64,000 bases of DNA from Vulcanimicrobiota bacterium (GCA_963795855.1 CAWCIZ010000001.1:1-64000); one strand, 5' to 3'; shown: positions 1 to 11,801, numbered from the stretch's first letter. Program-made: numbers and translations. The notes: a model not told the origin generated them from the letters alone.

Positions 1-1
1 C

Positions 2-145
2 GAACAGTTGGAAACGCAGATCGCGAACTATCTGAAATCAAAGCAAGAGTGGGAGAACCCCAACTGCCACCCCCTCACAAGCGGCATTTTTGCAGAAGAA
101 GCCCGAGCGGCGCTGTTTGATCCCGGCACGCGGCGACCATTGAGC
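2..145 (+). CDS. 3' end of an unidentified gene (partial)
   Basis: Open frame EQLETQIANYLKSKQEWENPNCHP... at the window edge; no motif recognised. Confidence 0.3.
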
Positions 146-1015
146 GTTCCGGACTCATTTCGATCGGCATGAACTCCACGCGCGTGCTGGCTGCGGATTT
201 AGCCAACGGCCGCCTGTGGCCGTGTTGCAGCGATCGATCGGCACGCGGATCGGTGAGGGACTTCGCGAGCGCGGCCATTTGGAAGAAGCAGCGATGCAAC
301 GCACGCTGACGCGATTGGCGAGCACGCGGCAGCACTGCGCGAACATACCGCCGACGTTCGCGTCATCGCGACGAGCGCGCTTCGCCGCGCCGATAACGAA
401 CGCGACTTCTCCGAGCGGGTTCGAGCGCTGACCGGCTACTCGATAAATCATCCGGTGAGGAAGAAGCGGCGTGTTCTTTTGCCGGCGCGTTGAATGGTGT
501 GGAGGACGAGGAGCACGCCGGACTCGGCGTTCTCGACGTCGGCGGCGGCAGTTCCGAATATGCGGTCGGAACGAAAAAATGCGTTGAGCGCGTCGTTTCG
601 TGCAGATCGGCGGCGTGCGTTTGACCGAAGCGTTCCCAGTTGGCTGGGCGCGATGGGAATGACCGCCAGACGTGATCAAGACGCGGCGGCGGCGGCACGG
701 CAAGCGCCTGAGCCTGCTGCGAACCTTTCGCCTGTTCAGCGTCTCATGCTCGTGGGCGGAAGCGCGACGACGACCGTATCGCTGAAGCGAGGACGCCGCG
801 ACCAGTTTACGTACGCGGAGCTGTCGAGCAAAGATATCCGCGGTTGGATCGCGCGTTTAGCAAAGACTTCGCTCGACCAGCGGCGAGCGTTGGACAGCAT
901 GAATCCGCAGCGCGCGGACATTTTACTCGGCGGCCTAGTGATCGTCGAGTCTTTCATGCGTTTGAGCAAGCACACGACAGCATTAGTTTCCGGCGGCGAC
1001 GTGCTGCTCGGCTAG
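140..1015 (+). CDS. Ppx/GppA family exopolyphosphatase (several frameshifts)
   Basis: Across frames: ISIGMNSTRVL, TRIGEGL, VIATSALRRADN, GEEEA, LDVGGGSSE, VGGSATT, RADILLGG. Confidence 0.85.
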
Positions 1016-1296
1016 CTGCTGCGCCATGCGAGCAACGCTTAGGACGTTCCGCCTTTTCACATTAGTCAATCTGCAAACAATACCGGTTGATTGCGCCGGC
1101 ACCGGGTATCATGAGGATGCGCAGCTGCGGAAATCGATCAAAAAAGGCGAGCATCGATTTGCACGATTGCGCGTAACGTAAACCCTAAATGCGATGCCGC
1201 GCCCAATAACCTCCCCGTTGTGCGTGCGGCATCGCATGTTTGCTTCCTTCGGGGCTTCGCGAGTAGTGCGGAAGCCGCCCGTAGAAGAACCGCGCA

Positions 1297-1813
1297 TGGC
1301 TGAAGACGTCTACCGCGCGGTTCTGGATGCGCGCCGCGCTTGGAACGATTATCTGGACGCGACGGACGAGGACGAGGATGAAGTCTACGAAGCGTATTTG
1401 AAGCCGCTTCAGATGCCGTTCCCCTGGTCGGTGGGCTCCTGGAATTGTGCGTCGAGGCCAACCTGGTTGCCATTTCGGCCCGCGACCGCGAGGACCGCTA
1501 CGTGGATCTCGCGGCCACGAACGCGCGCGTGCATGCGGACGCCATCATCGAGATCGTCGGAGACATCGTCTTGGGGCATTCCGAGGAACTGCCGTCGTTC
1601 GAACGCCGCATACCGCAAGACGACGACGAAACGCGCTTCAACCGAGCTCGTGAAGTGTTCCGGGAGATGAACCGGCCGAACGTAAGCCGCGCCGTCGACG
1701 AACTGCGCCAAATGCGCGACGAGTTGTTACGCAGCGGCCAAGAAAGCTACGCGACGCGCCTCTCGCATGTCCTCGGGCTGCTGCAGATCTCGCCGCCGCG
1801 GTTAAGCGACTGA
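1297..1813 (+). CDS. hypothetical acidic protein (frameshift near 1445)
   Basis: MAEDVYRAVLDARRAW... joins CVEANLVAISARD... in the next frame. Confidence 0.55.
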
Positions 1814-2309
1814 CTTTTTAATCCGCGCAAAGGCGCTTTTCGCTTGCATGCGTCCGCGAACTCGCACGTCGTTTCCACGTTGAACCGAGTAGGCCGTCAA
1901 GAAATGTTCCAACTGAGCGAGCAGCGCCTTCGGTAAGTCGCTCAGCGTTTCGTACCCGTCGGTGCTTAGCGATATTTCGCGGCTCGGCAGCAGGCAGGCG
2001 ACGTAACGGTCGTTCGTCGTGCCGTTCTTTTCGACCGCGAATGCGCCGATGATGCGCACGTGCACGACGCAGCCCGGAAACGCGGCTCGTCCATTAGCAC
2101 GAGAACATCGAGCGGATCGCCGTCACCGCCCTTCGTTCGCGGAATAAAGCCGTAATCGTACGGCCAAACCAGGCCGCTTCCCAGCGTTGCCTTATGCTCG
2201 AACGCGCGGAGTTCTTCGTTCCAGGCGTACTTGTGGCGGCTGCCGCGCGGCGTTCCACGACGACGCGGAGCGTACCGTCCTTTTGTAATTCGGGATCGAT
2301 GTCGTGCAT
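1802..2309 (-). CDS. ppa: inorganic pyrophosphatase, family I (frameshifted)
   Basis: VVVETPRGSRHKY, WPYDYGFIPRTKGGDGDPLDVLVL, NDRYVA motifs over three frames. Confidence 0.9.
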
Positions 2310-2315
2310 GCGGCG

Positions 2316-2686
2316 CTATCCGCGCGGAATGCCCGTTCCCTCGTGGCCGGGCCCGGCTGCTCTTGCGTAATTTCTTCGGTCGGCAAGCCCGCCTGACGAT
2401 ACGAATCGAAACCGCCCTCGAGAACCGCGGCTTGCGTATAGCCTTGCTCGCGCAGGCGCGCGGCGACTTGCTGCGCTTCGTCTTCGGTATCGGCATACAC
2501 GACGATAGTGCCGTCGTGGGGAAGCGGCAACGTCAGGCGCTCTTCGTCGAGCAGTGCCTTTTCGTCGTAGCGCAACGCACCGCGGATCTGTTCCTTGCCT
2601 GGGTGTCTGCGCGCGTCGACTATCGGCATCGTCGCGCTGTCGAGTTCGTTCGCCCTGACCCGCCGCACGCCGCCTGCTTCGTTCAT
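2316..2686 (-). CDS. rhodanese-like domain protein
   Basis: IVDAR, IRGAL, IVVYA, AARLREQGY, VLEGGFDSYRQAGLP; no catalytic Cys seen. Confidence 0.8.
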
Positions 2687-2726
2687 ACGTTCCCTCTCGT
2701 AACCGCTGACTTTCGTTGTTGCTCAT

Positions 2727-2741
2727 TACCCACAGTGGGTA
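2727..2741. promoter_or_regulatory. palindrome TACCCACAGTGGGTA carrying GGGTA -10-like boxes on both strands between divergent genes
   Basis: Perfect 7-bp inverted repeat; resembles SigB/SigF-type -10 elements. Confidence 0.5.
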
Positions 2742-2765
2742 GATGCAAAATTCGGAGGTACTACC

Positions 2766-3214
2766 GTGGACGCACTCAATCTGCTCAAGAAGCAGCACCG
2801 TGAGGTTGAAGCGCTCTTCAAAAAAGTGTTGGAGGCAAAAGAACCAACCGAGCGCATGAATCTGTTCAAACAGATCGATCGCGACCTTCGGCTGCACGCG
2901 ATAATCGAAGAAGAAATTTTCTATCCGGAAATACGGCGGCGCGCGGAAAACGGCGATCAACGTCTCGAGGTCGCCGAAGCGTATGAAGAGCACGGACTCG
3001 TCAAGATCACCATCGAGAGTTTGGAAAAACTCACCCCGGAACCGAGCAGTATCGTGCCAAGCTCGTCGTTCTGCGCGACCTGGTCCAGCATCACGTGGAC
3101 GAAGAAGAAAGCACGATGTTCAAGATCGCGCATCATCTCTTCGACAAACCCGAGTTGGAAGAAATAGGCACGAAACTGGAGGAGGCGGCCGCTCAGGCAA
3201 CCGTTCCGGTGTAA
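2766..3214 (+). CDS. hemerythrin (HHE cation-binding) domain protein (frameshift near 3040)
   Basis: LLKKQHREVEALF, HAIIEEEIFYP, EAYEEH, HHVDEEE; GGAGG RBS. Confidence 0.9.
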
Positions 3215-3218
3215 AGAG

Positions 3219-3246
3219 AAAGCCCGATTCACGATCGGGCTTTTTC
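3219..3246. terminator. intrinsic terminator between convergent genes
   Basis: AAAGCCCGAT-TCACG-ATCGGGCTTTTTT. Confidence 0.75.
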
Positions 3247-4024
3247 TGAACTGCGTTTGCGCCGCGAAGACTTTCGCCGGTTGGGGTTCGGCGGTACTTT
3301 TCCGCCGCTGCGACGCGCCTCGGAAAGCCCGATCGCGATCGCTTGTTTGCGGCTCTTCACTTTCTTTCCGCTTCGGCCCGACTTGAGTCGCCGCTTTTCA
3401 TCTCGTGCATTGCGCGCTCGACTTTACGCCCGCCTTCTTCCCGTACTTGCGCCGGTTCTCTTCTCGACCGCCGGTGCTCTTCTTGCGTCCGCCGGTGCTC
3501 TTCTTGCGACCGCCGGTGCTCTTCTTGCGACCACCGGTGCTCTTTTTGCGACCGCGCTGCTCTTCTTGCGACCGCCGGTGCTCTTCTTGCGACCGCCGGT
3601 GCTCTTCTTACGTACCGCCGGTGCTCTTCTTGCGACCGCCGGTGCTCTTCTTACGGCCGCCGGTGCTCTTCTTGCGGCCGCCGGTGCTCTTCTTGCGAGC
3701 GCCGGTGCTCTTTTTGCGACCGTTGCTGCTCTTTTTGCGACCGTTACTGGTCTTTTTGCGTCTGCCGTTGCGCGAGGCCGCCGCCTGCGAGTCCTGGACG
3801 AACTTGACCATGTGGCCTTCCGGATCGTACAAGAACGCGACGTTGCTGCAATCGAAAATATCGAAGAATCGATCCCACGCTACTTGTTCCAGGCTCGCGT
3901 CGGGTTCGCCGAAGTCGATGCGCAAGACGCCGCCGGTTCCCTCAATAACTGCCGGACGGCCGCCGCGGCTTTCGACCCAACGCCGAATCTCGTTGTGATC
4001 GGTTGTGCGCTGTGCTGTTGCCAC
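3229..4024 (-). CDS. basic repeat protein: N-terminal TTDHNEIRRWVESRGGRPA domain + ~15 RKKSTGG repeats + DUF6496-like C-terminus (indels present)
   Basis: AGGAGG RBS and GTG at 4024; C-terminal KVERAMHEMK...KSGRSGKKVKSRKQAIAIGLSEARRSGGKVP read by hand from the minus strand. Confidence 0.75.
3451..3763. repeat. 21-bp coding tandem repeat (GCCGGTGCTCTTCTTGCGACC), about 15 units
   Basis: Directly visible; most variation is synonymous on the minus strand. Confidence 0.95.
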
Positions 4025-4053
4025 TTCGTGACCTCCTATCTCTGCACTCACGG

Positions 4054-4080
4054 TTACCCGCAGTGCGAGCGGGAAAAACC
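4054..4080 (-). promoter_or_regulatory. SigB/SigF-like promoter GGTTT-N16-GGGTAA
   Basis: Minus strand GGTTTTTCCCGCTCGCACTGCGGGTAA, about 30 nt upstream of the GTG at 4024. Confidence 0.65.
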
Positions 4081-4083
4081 CTG

Positions 4084-4302
4084 CTATCCGCCGCTGCTCG
4101 GCGCGCTGTCCGTGTCGCCGGAGGATTTCGTTACGAGCCCAGCACGTAGTGATTCACGCAGTCGCGCGAGGGCGGGGTCGAGACCGCCTTGCTGATCGAG
4201 TCGTTCCAAAGCGAGCAGTAGTCGATTGGCATCGCCGCCATGGAGTTTGATCGCAATACTTCCGCCGGCGCCCTCGAAGCGTTCGACGCCAAACGTGCTC
4301 AT
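4084..4302 (-). CDS. small hypothetical protein
   Basis: 72-aa ORF, ATGA-coupled to the upstream ORF. Confidence 0.5.
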   Translation of the reverse strand: MSTFGVERFEGAGGSIAIKLHGGDANRLLLALERLDQQGGLDPALARLRESLRAGLVTKSSGDTDSAPSSGG

Positions 4303-4505
4303 GCGCGCCGCCGCTTCGTGACGCCGGTCTTCGGCGCTTTTTTGGGTTGCGCGCTTTGCGTCGTTTTCGTTTTCGACTCGGGAACGCTTGGAATCGCTTC
4401 ACCCATGCGGCGCCGTTCCGAAAGCAAGACGCCGAATACTTCCTCGTTGTTTTCATCGATCGCCGGCGAACCTTGCGACTTGCCGCGGCGGCCGGGCAGC
4501 ACCAT
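4299..4505 (-). CDS. small hypothetical protein with basic C-terminus
   Basis: 68-aa ORF in the same orientation as the cluster, coupled to the next ORF. Confidence 0.45.
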   Translation of the reverse strand: MVLPGRRGKSQGSPAIDENNEEVFGVLLSERRRMGEAIPSVPESKTKTTQSAQPKKAPKTGVTKRRRA

Positions 4506-4579
4506 ATCCGGTTTGCCGGCGCGTTGCGCGCGAGTGCGGTTCGATGATTTACGGTTTTACGTACTGGCATGAACGCAGT

Positions 4580-5540
4580 TTACCCGGCGCGCGCGAGGTG
4601 CAACAACTCGCGCAACGCTGCGAGCACTTCCTCGACTGTGATCGACGCGAGCCCCGGATCGACGTACGGAGCATGCGGATCTCCGAGCATTCCGCGCCAG
4701 ATAACGCGATGAAACGGACGATCGGCCGGAGGTCCCCAATACCGCGGCGACGTCGGTCCGAATAAGACGACGGACGGCGTGCGTAAGGCCGTTGCGACGT
4801 GCGCGATTCCCGTGTCCCCGCATACGATCGCTCGCGCCGAAGCGATGATGCAAGCGAGGTCTTCGAGATCGGTTTGCCGGCGAGTACCGCCTCGATCGGC
4901 AGATGCGCCGCCTTTGCAATAAAGCGGCAACGCCGGAATTCGCGCGCAGATCCGGTCATCACGATGCGATGGCCCTCGTCGAGCAGGCGCCGGCACAGAT
5001 CGATCCATCGATCGGCGGGCCAACGGCGGGATTCGCTGGCCGCACCGGGATGCAGGACGATCGCTCCGCGCGATGCGTGCATCGTCCCTCGGCGCCGGCA
5101 ATTCCAAATCGTGACGTCCGCCGGAATGCCGCTATTCGCGCAATAAGCGGCACCAGCGGTCGATCTCGTGTTCGTCGGGACGCCAGTGCGGCGAATCCGC
5201 GCTTTCCGGAATGTCGGCGTTTGCAAAGCGAAATCAGCCGGCGCGGCGACGCTCCAGCAAAATGCGATGGCTTTGCGGTCCGCGGCCGTGCAGGTTCACG
5301 GCGACGTCGACGTCACGAAGCGATCCGTCTAGGGGCGCAAGCGGCGCGCGCGTGGATGACTTCATCGATGCCGCCGCATAATCGCACGAGCGGCACGAGA
5401 TACTCCGGCGCCGCCAGGACGCGATAGTGATGTCGGAAATGCACGCGCGATTGCGCGCAACGCCGGCACCGCGGTCAGAAAATCGCCCAAACCCAGCGCG
5501 CGCAAAATGACGAAGCGTCGCGCGTGACGTGGTTCTCATG
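4580..5540 (-). CDS. glycosyltransferase family 9 (heptosyltransferase-like), frameshifted
   Basis: [63 protein letters not shown]. Confidence 0.85.
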
Positions 5541-6757
5541 ATGCCCGTTGCGCGAAAATCGCGTTCGATGATGGACGTCGTTGTAGACGGCGAGCGTATC
5601 GCTTGCGATGCGCGCCCAGCCATAGCGGCGGTTCGCGCGTCGCGTTCCGCCCAATGCCGAGCCGCACGCAGCGTTTCTGATCCCCGAGCAGTTCGCGAAG
5701 CGCCTGGGCAAGCGCGAGCGGCGAACGAGGCGGAACGTGAACGCCGGTGACGCCGTCGACGACGCTGTCGACCAAGCCGCCGACCTGCGCAACGACGACC
5801 GGCACGCCGCACGCCATCGCTTCGAGCGGCACGATGCCGAAGGGTTCGTACCACGGATAGCACACAACTGCGTCCGCGGAGCGAAGAAGCGGCGGCACTT
5901 GCCGCGCGTTCTACGCGCCCGCGAAAGATGACGCGATCCGCGACGCCCAAGTCTTGCGCGAGCGTTTTAAGCCGGCACGCCTCGGCGATCGCTGTCGAGT
6001 TGCGACGAATCCGGTCCACCCGCGACGACGAGTTCCACGTCCGGAAGACTGCGAGCGCGTTCGATGACGTCGGCGATGCCTTTGCGTTCCACGAGGCGGC
6101 CGAGACAGACGAGGAACGTTTGCGATGCGGATCGCGCTGCTCAGCGGGGCCCAGCGGCTGAAAGAGCCGCAAGATCGACACCGCACGGAACGACGCCGAT
6201 CTTCGCTGTGTCCGCGCCCATGCGCGCAAGTTCGAACGCTTCCGCGGTAGCGGTAGCGACGATGCGGTGTGACTCGCGCGCGATTCGGCACTCTTCGTCC
6301 AAGCGCGAACGGGGGCTGGTATCTTTCGCGCCCTGGTACCGGCGTTTTTCGATGCCAAGCGCATGAAACGTTTGAACGATCGGAATGCCGAGCGGTACGC
6401 CCGCATCGAGCGACGCCTTTCCCGACATCCAAAAGTGTGCGTGAACGACGTCCGGGCGGTCTTCTTTCCAGCTCCGCGAAGGTACTCTGCAAACGCGCCC
6501 ATGTACGGCAGGAGGCGATCTTTTTCGATCGCCTTCGGCGGTCCGGCATGGACATGTTCGACCGTCACGCCCGACGCGAACTGTACGCGCGTGGGCAGCG
6601 CGGCATCGTCTCGACGGGTGTACACCGTCACCTCCGCGCCCTGATGCGCCATCGCTTCCGCGAGCGCGGCAACGTGCACGTTTTGGCCGCCGGCATCGAC
6701 GCCGCCGAGCACGGCGAGCGGGCTCGCATGCTCCGAAACCATCGCAACTTTCAACAT
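5536..6757 (-). CDS. glycosyltransferase family 4 (MshA-like), frameshifted
   Basis: [47 protein letters not shown]. Confidence 0.9.
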
Positions 6758-7684
6758 AAGACTTCCTCGAAAAGGCAATCCCAATCTGCGAGGAAGCGTT
6801 CGAGTCCGTAGCGCTCGCGCGCGTACGCGCGTGCGCTTTTGGCCGAGCGCAGTGCACCGGTCGGGATTTGCGAGCAGCTGCTCGAGCGAGTCGATCAGCG
6901 TGCGCACGTTGGTTGAGATGACGCCCGTTCCGTTCGGAACGGCTTCAGGCACCTCCGTCGTGGCGAACGCGACGACGGGCATGCCTAGGTGCATCGCTTC
7001 AATCAGCGATAGCCCAAGCGAAGTCCAGCGGATTGGATGTAAGTAAACGCGGCGCCGCGCCAGTTCGGCGTGCAATTGCGACTGCGGCAAGTTTTCAAAG
7101 CCGCCGCGCGCGCCGGCACCCATGCCGAAGAGTTCGATGGGAACGCGCGATTCGAAGCGCGCCAGCAAATCCGTTCCCGTAACGCGAGCGCGCCGCTGCG
7201 GTTCGTTGATGACGACGGCGCAGGAAGCAAATTCGCCGGTGTATCGGTAGCCCGGATCGACGATGCCGTGCTCGATGACGTGCGTGTTGCGATCGCCGCA
7301 ATCCCAGAAAAGGTCGTTGAAGTGCGTCACGTGCACGACGTGCACGCCGGGCCAAGCCGCGCTCGGATGCTGCATCGCATCGATCCGGCCTTGCGGTGCA
7401 TTGTGTTCGACGTAGATCGCGGGCACGTCGATGCCTGGTGTTAGACCGAACCATTCGCGAACGAGGTCGTATTCGTGCGGCCGCTGCAGGATGACGACGT
7501 CGGGCGTCAGCGTAGAAAACTCCGATGGCGTCAGTTCGCGTACGCTTTGCGGCCAATGCCACGTTTGCGCGCGTCCGCGGCCGTCGGCGCTGCGATCCGG
7601 AAGAACGGGAACGAAGTACTCATGCGAACCTTGCACGAACGCGGTCATCCACGATCCGTGCACGTGCCAGCCGAAGATCCGCAT
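6754..7684 (-). CDS. glycosyltransferase (GT4-like)
   Basis: MRIFGWHVHGSW, HVTHFN, RWTSLGLSLIEAMHLGMPVV. Confidence 0.85.
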
Positions 7685-8703
7685 CAGGCGTAGGCCTCCA
7701 CGGCACTTCCGGCAAACCGCCGCACCGCGGCGAGCACATCCTCGACGCTTACGTCGCGCACGCATGGCTGGGCTTCGAATGGGCATGTCCGTGCGCGGCA
7801 GCCCTTGCACGCGATATCCTGATTGCCGAGCAACGCGTACGGCACCATCCAGGGATGAAAGCGAGCCGCAGGTACCGTCGGCGCGAAAGATCTCACGACC
7901 GGCGTCTGCATCGCCGACGCAACGTGCGCAGCGGCCGTATTCCCACAGACAATCGCTGAAGCGCCGCGAACGATTGCCGCGAATTCTGCGAACGACGTCA
8001 TGCCGCCGACATCCGCCACCCGGGTGTTACCGCCGGCAACGAACGCGGTAAGTTCGCGCTCCTCGTGCGAACCCGTGACTATCACGTTGTAGCCGTCCGC
8101 GCACAATCGCGCGACGAGCTGCGCGTTGCGCTCGGGAAACCATGCGCGCGCGGCGACCGTCGCTCCCGGATGCACGATTACGTATGAAGAAAACGGCGTG
8201 CGGTACTGCGGGACGCCTTCCATACGCAAACACGCGTCGTCGTTCGGCGGCAGCGCGTACCCCATAGCGCTGGTCAGCGAAAGCGCTCGCTCCACCTCGT
8301 GAATGTCGTCGGAGACCTGGTGACGCACGTCGAGCAGCGACCCGGGATAGTCGACGCTGATTGCGCCGATGCGGCCAATCCCGGCCAATCGCAGAAGAAG
8401 CGCGAGCGGCAACGGGCTTTGGTGAAACGACGTAACGATAACCGCTTCGTCGAAGGCTCGCGCTGCAATCTCCCGGATGAATTGCATCGTTGCATCGGCT
8501 TGGATCGCGTGCGGGTGCGCGTCGATCCACTCCGCTTCCCGAACCAGCACATCTTGCACTCCGGGCAGCATGTTTGCGGCAGCGGCGCCGCGTGGGCCGC
8601 ACAGCAGCGTCACGCTCGCACGCGCCGCAATTGCGCGTACCGCCGGACCGATGAGCAGCACGTCGCCGTTGTTGTCCTGGCGAGCGACCAGGACGTGCTT
8701 CAT
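7684..8703 (-). CDS. glycosyltransferase family 9
   Basis: ARQDNNGDVLL, HEVERAL, VHPGATVAARAW, GNTAAAHVA, C-terminal CKGCRARTCP. Confidence 0.9.
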   Translation of the reverse strand: MKHVLVARQDNNGDVLLIGPAVRAIAARASVTLLCGPRGAAAANMLPGVQDVLVREAEWIDAHPHAIQADATMQFIREIAARAFDEAVIVTSFHQSPLPLALLLRLAGIGRIGAISVDYPGSLLDVRHQVSDDIHEVERALSLTSAMGYALPPNDDACLRMEGVPQYRTPFSSYVIVHPGATVAARAWFPERNAQLVARLCADGYNVIVTGSHEERELTAFVAGGNTRVADVGGMTSFAEFAAIVRGASAIVCGNTAAAHVASAMQTPVVRSFAPTVPAARFHPWMVPYALLGNQDIACKGCRARTCPFEAQPCVRDVSVEDVLAAVRRFAGSAVEAYA

Positions 8704-9205
8704 GCGCACTGCCCTCGCGAGTACGACGATCCACAGCTTCGATGAGCGTACGGCAGACTACGGGTGCGCGTGCGATTTCATCCGGCAGCGTGACCGGGGT
8801 CGGTACGAGGATCGCGTGGGCTCCCGCGGCGATCGCCGCATCGACGTCGCCGGCGATGTCGCCGATCACAACGCACTCGTGCGGCGCAATCTTGAACGAC
8901 GCAAGCGCCTCTTCTATCAGTCCCGGCTGCGGTTTTCGGCATCTGCAGCCGTCGGCGCCGGCGTGCGTGCAGACGAACCATCCGTCGAGCGGCCCGACGC
9001 GGGCTTCGATGCGCGCATGCACTGCGTGCATCTCGCGCATTGCGGCCGCATCGGCTCCTGCGCGCGGTTGATTCGTCACGACGCCGATTAGCATGCCGTG
9101 CTCGCGGAGGCGCGAAATTGCCGCAACTGCTCCCGGCATCAGAGCGAACGGGTTGCCGTTCGCGACCAGCGTTCCGTCACGATCGAACAAGACGGCGCGG
9201 ATCAT
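8700..9205 (-). CDS. HAD-IIIA hydrolase, GmhB-like heptose bisphosphate phosphatase
   Basis: FDRDGTLV, VVTNQ, CTH..DGCRCRKPQPG, VIGDI..DV. Confidence 0.88.
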
Positions 9206-10142
9206 TGGCCCGCTCCGCGCAGGCGGGAACGAAGCGTGAGCAGCGCACGCGCGCGGTGATAGACTGCGGCAAACGGAATGACTGCGCTCGTCACGACGAC
9301 CGTGCCGATCTCCTCGGGTGTTCGCGGGCCGGGCTTGATCCGCCGCCACGCAAATTCGGCGGTGAGCGCAGCCCACGCCGTAAAGCACGCGACGGTAGCA
9401 AGATGGATACGGCCAGCGCCCGCGCGGCGCGCTTGCGCGCTGCTGCCAATCGGGCCATGGAGCGCGCGCATCAACACGTCGTCGGCATTGCCGCGCCTGC
9501 AGCCGGACGCTGATCCAAGGGTCTGCGGGCCGCACGGGATGATCGATGCGATCGCGTTCCGCGCGCGATGCGCATAGCCGGCGCGAAAGACGCGCAGCGC
9601 GAAGTCGGCATCCTCGCGATACGCGCGTTTGAAGCGTTCGTCGAAGCCGCCCAGCCGGTCGAGTACGCTGCGCCGGTAGATCATGTCGGCGGTAATCCAC
9701 GCGGATGATTGCAGACCGGCGACGTTGCGCTCCCAATCGGTCGGCGGGCGATCCTCCGGAAGCGGTACGTAGACACGGCCCTGCGAGCCGGCATCGTCGT
9801 TCGCCAATGCGGCCGACATCGCTGCACGAGCCGCTCGAGCCAATCGGTCGTGCACGAGCACGTCGTCGTCGAGAAAGGCAATCCACTCCGCGTTCGATGC
9901 GCGCCATCCGGTATTGCGCGCGGCAGCCGGACCGCGGCTTTGCCGCGCAGAACCGTAATGCGATCGCGAACGGCTGAAGGAACCGATTCCAACGCGAGCG
10001 GCGGTGCGGATCGCGGCGGTCGTCGACGACGCAAAACGCGATCGGGCAGCGGCCCCACCGCACGCGCGAGCGATCGAAGCAGAGCCTGCAGCGACGGTCT
10101 GCCGATTGTCGGGACGACGAGATCGATACGTGCACTGCGCAC
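9202..10142 (-). CDS. glycosyltransferase family 2 (frameshifted)
   Basis: VVPTIGRPSL, GPAAARNTGW, AFLDDDV, GGFDERFKRAYREDADFALR. Confidence 0.85.
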
Positions 10143-10144
10143 CT

Positions 10145-11801
10145 CTACCGGTGCAGAGCGGCCAAATACGCCCGCTCGTCGCAAGAAGAAACGGACCAAT
10201 CGCCAGCGCATCGACCGGAGCGGAGCCGAAGCACTCGAGCGCGTCGCGCGGCTCGTCGACCATCGGCCGTCCGGCGGTATTGAAGCTCGTGTTGATGACG
10301 ACGGGCGTTCCCGTCAAGCCGGTCGAATTCGCGCAGCATGCGCGCGACGAGCGGTTCGTCATGCGCGATCACGGTCTGAACGCGCGCCGTTCCGTCGACG
10401 TGCACCGCCGCGGCAGATCCGTCGTGCCATCCGGCACGAACGCGATGCGTGAAGAGCATGTACGGGCTGGGCAGATGACCTTCAAAAATCTCCGCCGCGC
10501 GTTCCTCGAGCACCATCGGCGCGACGGGGCGGAACTGTTCGCGGCCTTTGATGTCGTTCAGCCGCTCCAAGATTCTGCGCGATATTCGGATTCGCGAGGA
10601 GACTGCGATGCCCGAGTGCGCGCGGACCGAATTCGCTGCGTCCTTGAAACCAGGCGACGACGCCGTCGTCGCGCAGAATTCCGCGACCTCTGCGCGATGT
10701 CGTGCGGGCGTTCGTACGCGAACGTGCGCGCGTCGCAGCCGACGCTGCGATTTCGTCGTCGCTGAACTCGCGGCCCAGAGCGGCGGTGCGTCATCGGCCG
10801 AATCGGATCGCCGTGTTTGCGCGCCGCGAAAAGCGCTGCACCGAGCGACGTGCCGGCATCGCCGGCAGCCGGCTGCACCCAAACGCGCTCGAACGGGCCT
10901 TCCGCGCCAAGCGCGCATTCGCAACGCAATTCAGCGCGACGCCGCCGGCCATCGTCAGAGAAGCGTTCCCCGGTCTTCGCATGGAGCCACCGCGCCAATT
11001 CGAGCAGCACTTCCTCCAAGCGCGTCTGCACGCTCGCCGCCAGGTCGGCATGTCGCGCGTTCGAATTCCCCATCGTCGGCGCGGCGCGGCGCAAAGCGCG
11101 AGAAGTCGACCGGCGTCGATTGAGAAACCGCCGTCGTCGACGCCGGCATCGCTCGCCGGAAATCGTCGATGAAACGCGGCTTGCCGTACGCCGCAAGACC
11201 CATCACTTTGTACTCGTCGGAAGAGCGGTGGAAGCCGAGGTGCACGGTCAGCTCTTCGTAGAGCAAGCCGAGCGAATGCGGCAGCGGCTGCGTTGCGAGA
11301 ATTTGCAGTTGTCCGTCGCGCACGTGGCCGGCCAGATACGATGAGCGCTCGCCGCGTCCGTCGGCGACGAGAACGGCGCAATCACTCCAAGGCGCGGCGA
11401 GGTATGCAGACGCCGCGTGTGCGACGTGGTGCGGCACGAACTCGAGACGCGCGCTGCTCGATGCCCGGCAATTCCGTCTTTAGGAAATGCGGAAGCCGCG
11501 ACACGTACAGCGTGCGCAGCGCTTCCCATTCTTGTGCGGTGATGTCCTCGTCTGCTTGACAGGCGAGCGACGGATCGTACGAGCATGCCACGACGTCGAC
11601 GTCGCTCGGCCGCACTCCGGCAAAGTCGAGGCACCACTTAGCACTTAGCAGCGGTAATTCCCAAGTGCTAAATGGCACGCACGATTTACCATGCTTGCGT
11701 CTGTTGAAGCGCTCCTCTTCGGCGGCCGCGACAACTGTTCCATCGAGCACGAGTGCTGCAGAAGTGTCGTGAAATACGCTGTTAATGCCTAGTACAATCA
11801 T
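10145..11801 (-). CDS. carbamoyltransferase, NodU/CmcH family (several frameshifts)
   Basis: [81 protein letters not shown]. Confidence 0.93.

Noticed and set aside
3451..3763. Repeat array as a possible CRISPR
   Set aside because: Contiguous 21-bp units with no spacers, in-frame coding, and no cas genes
3257..4195. Plus-strand repeat ORFs (TAGALLA, RPPVLFL, DRRCSSC)
   Set aside because: Shadow frames; the RBS, promoter, domain motifs and synonymous variation support the minus strand
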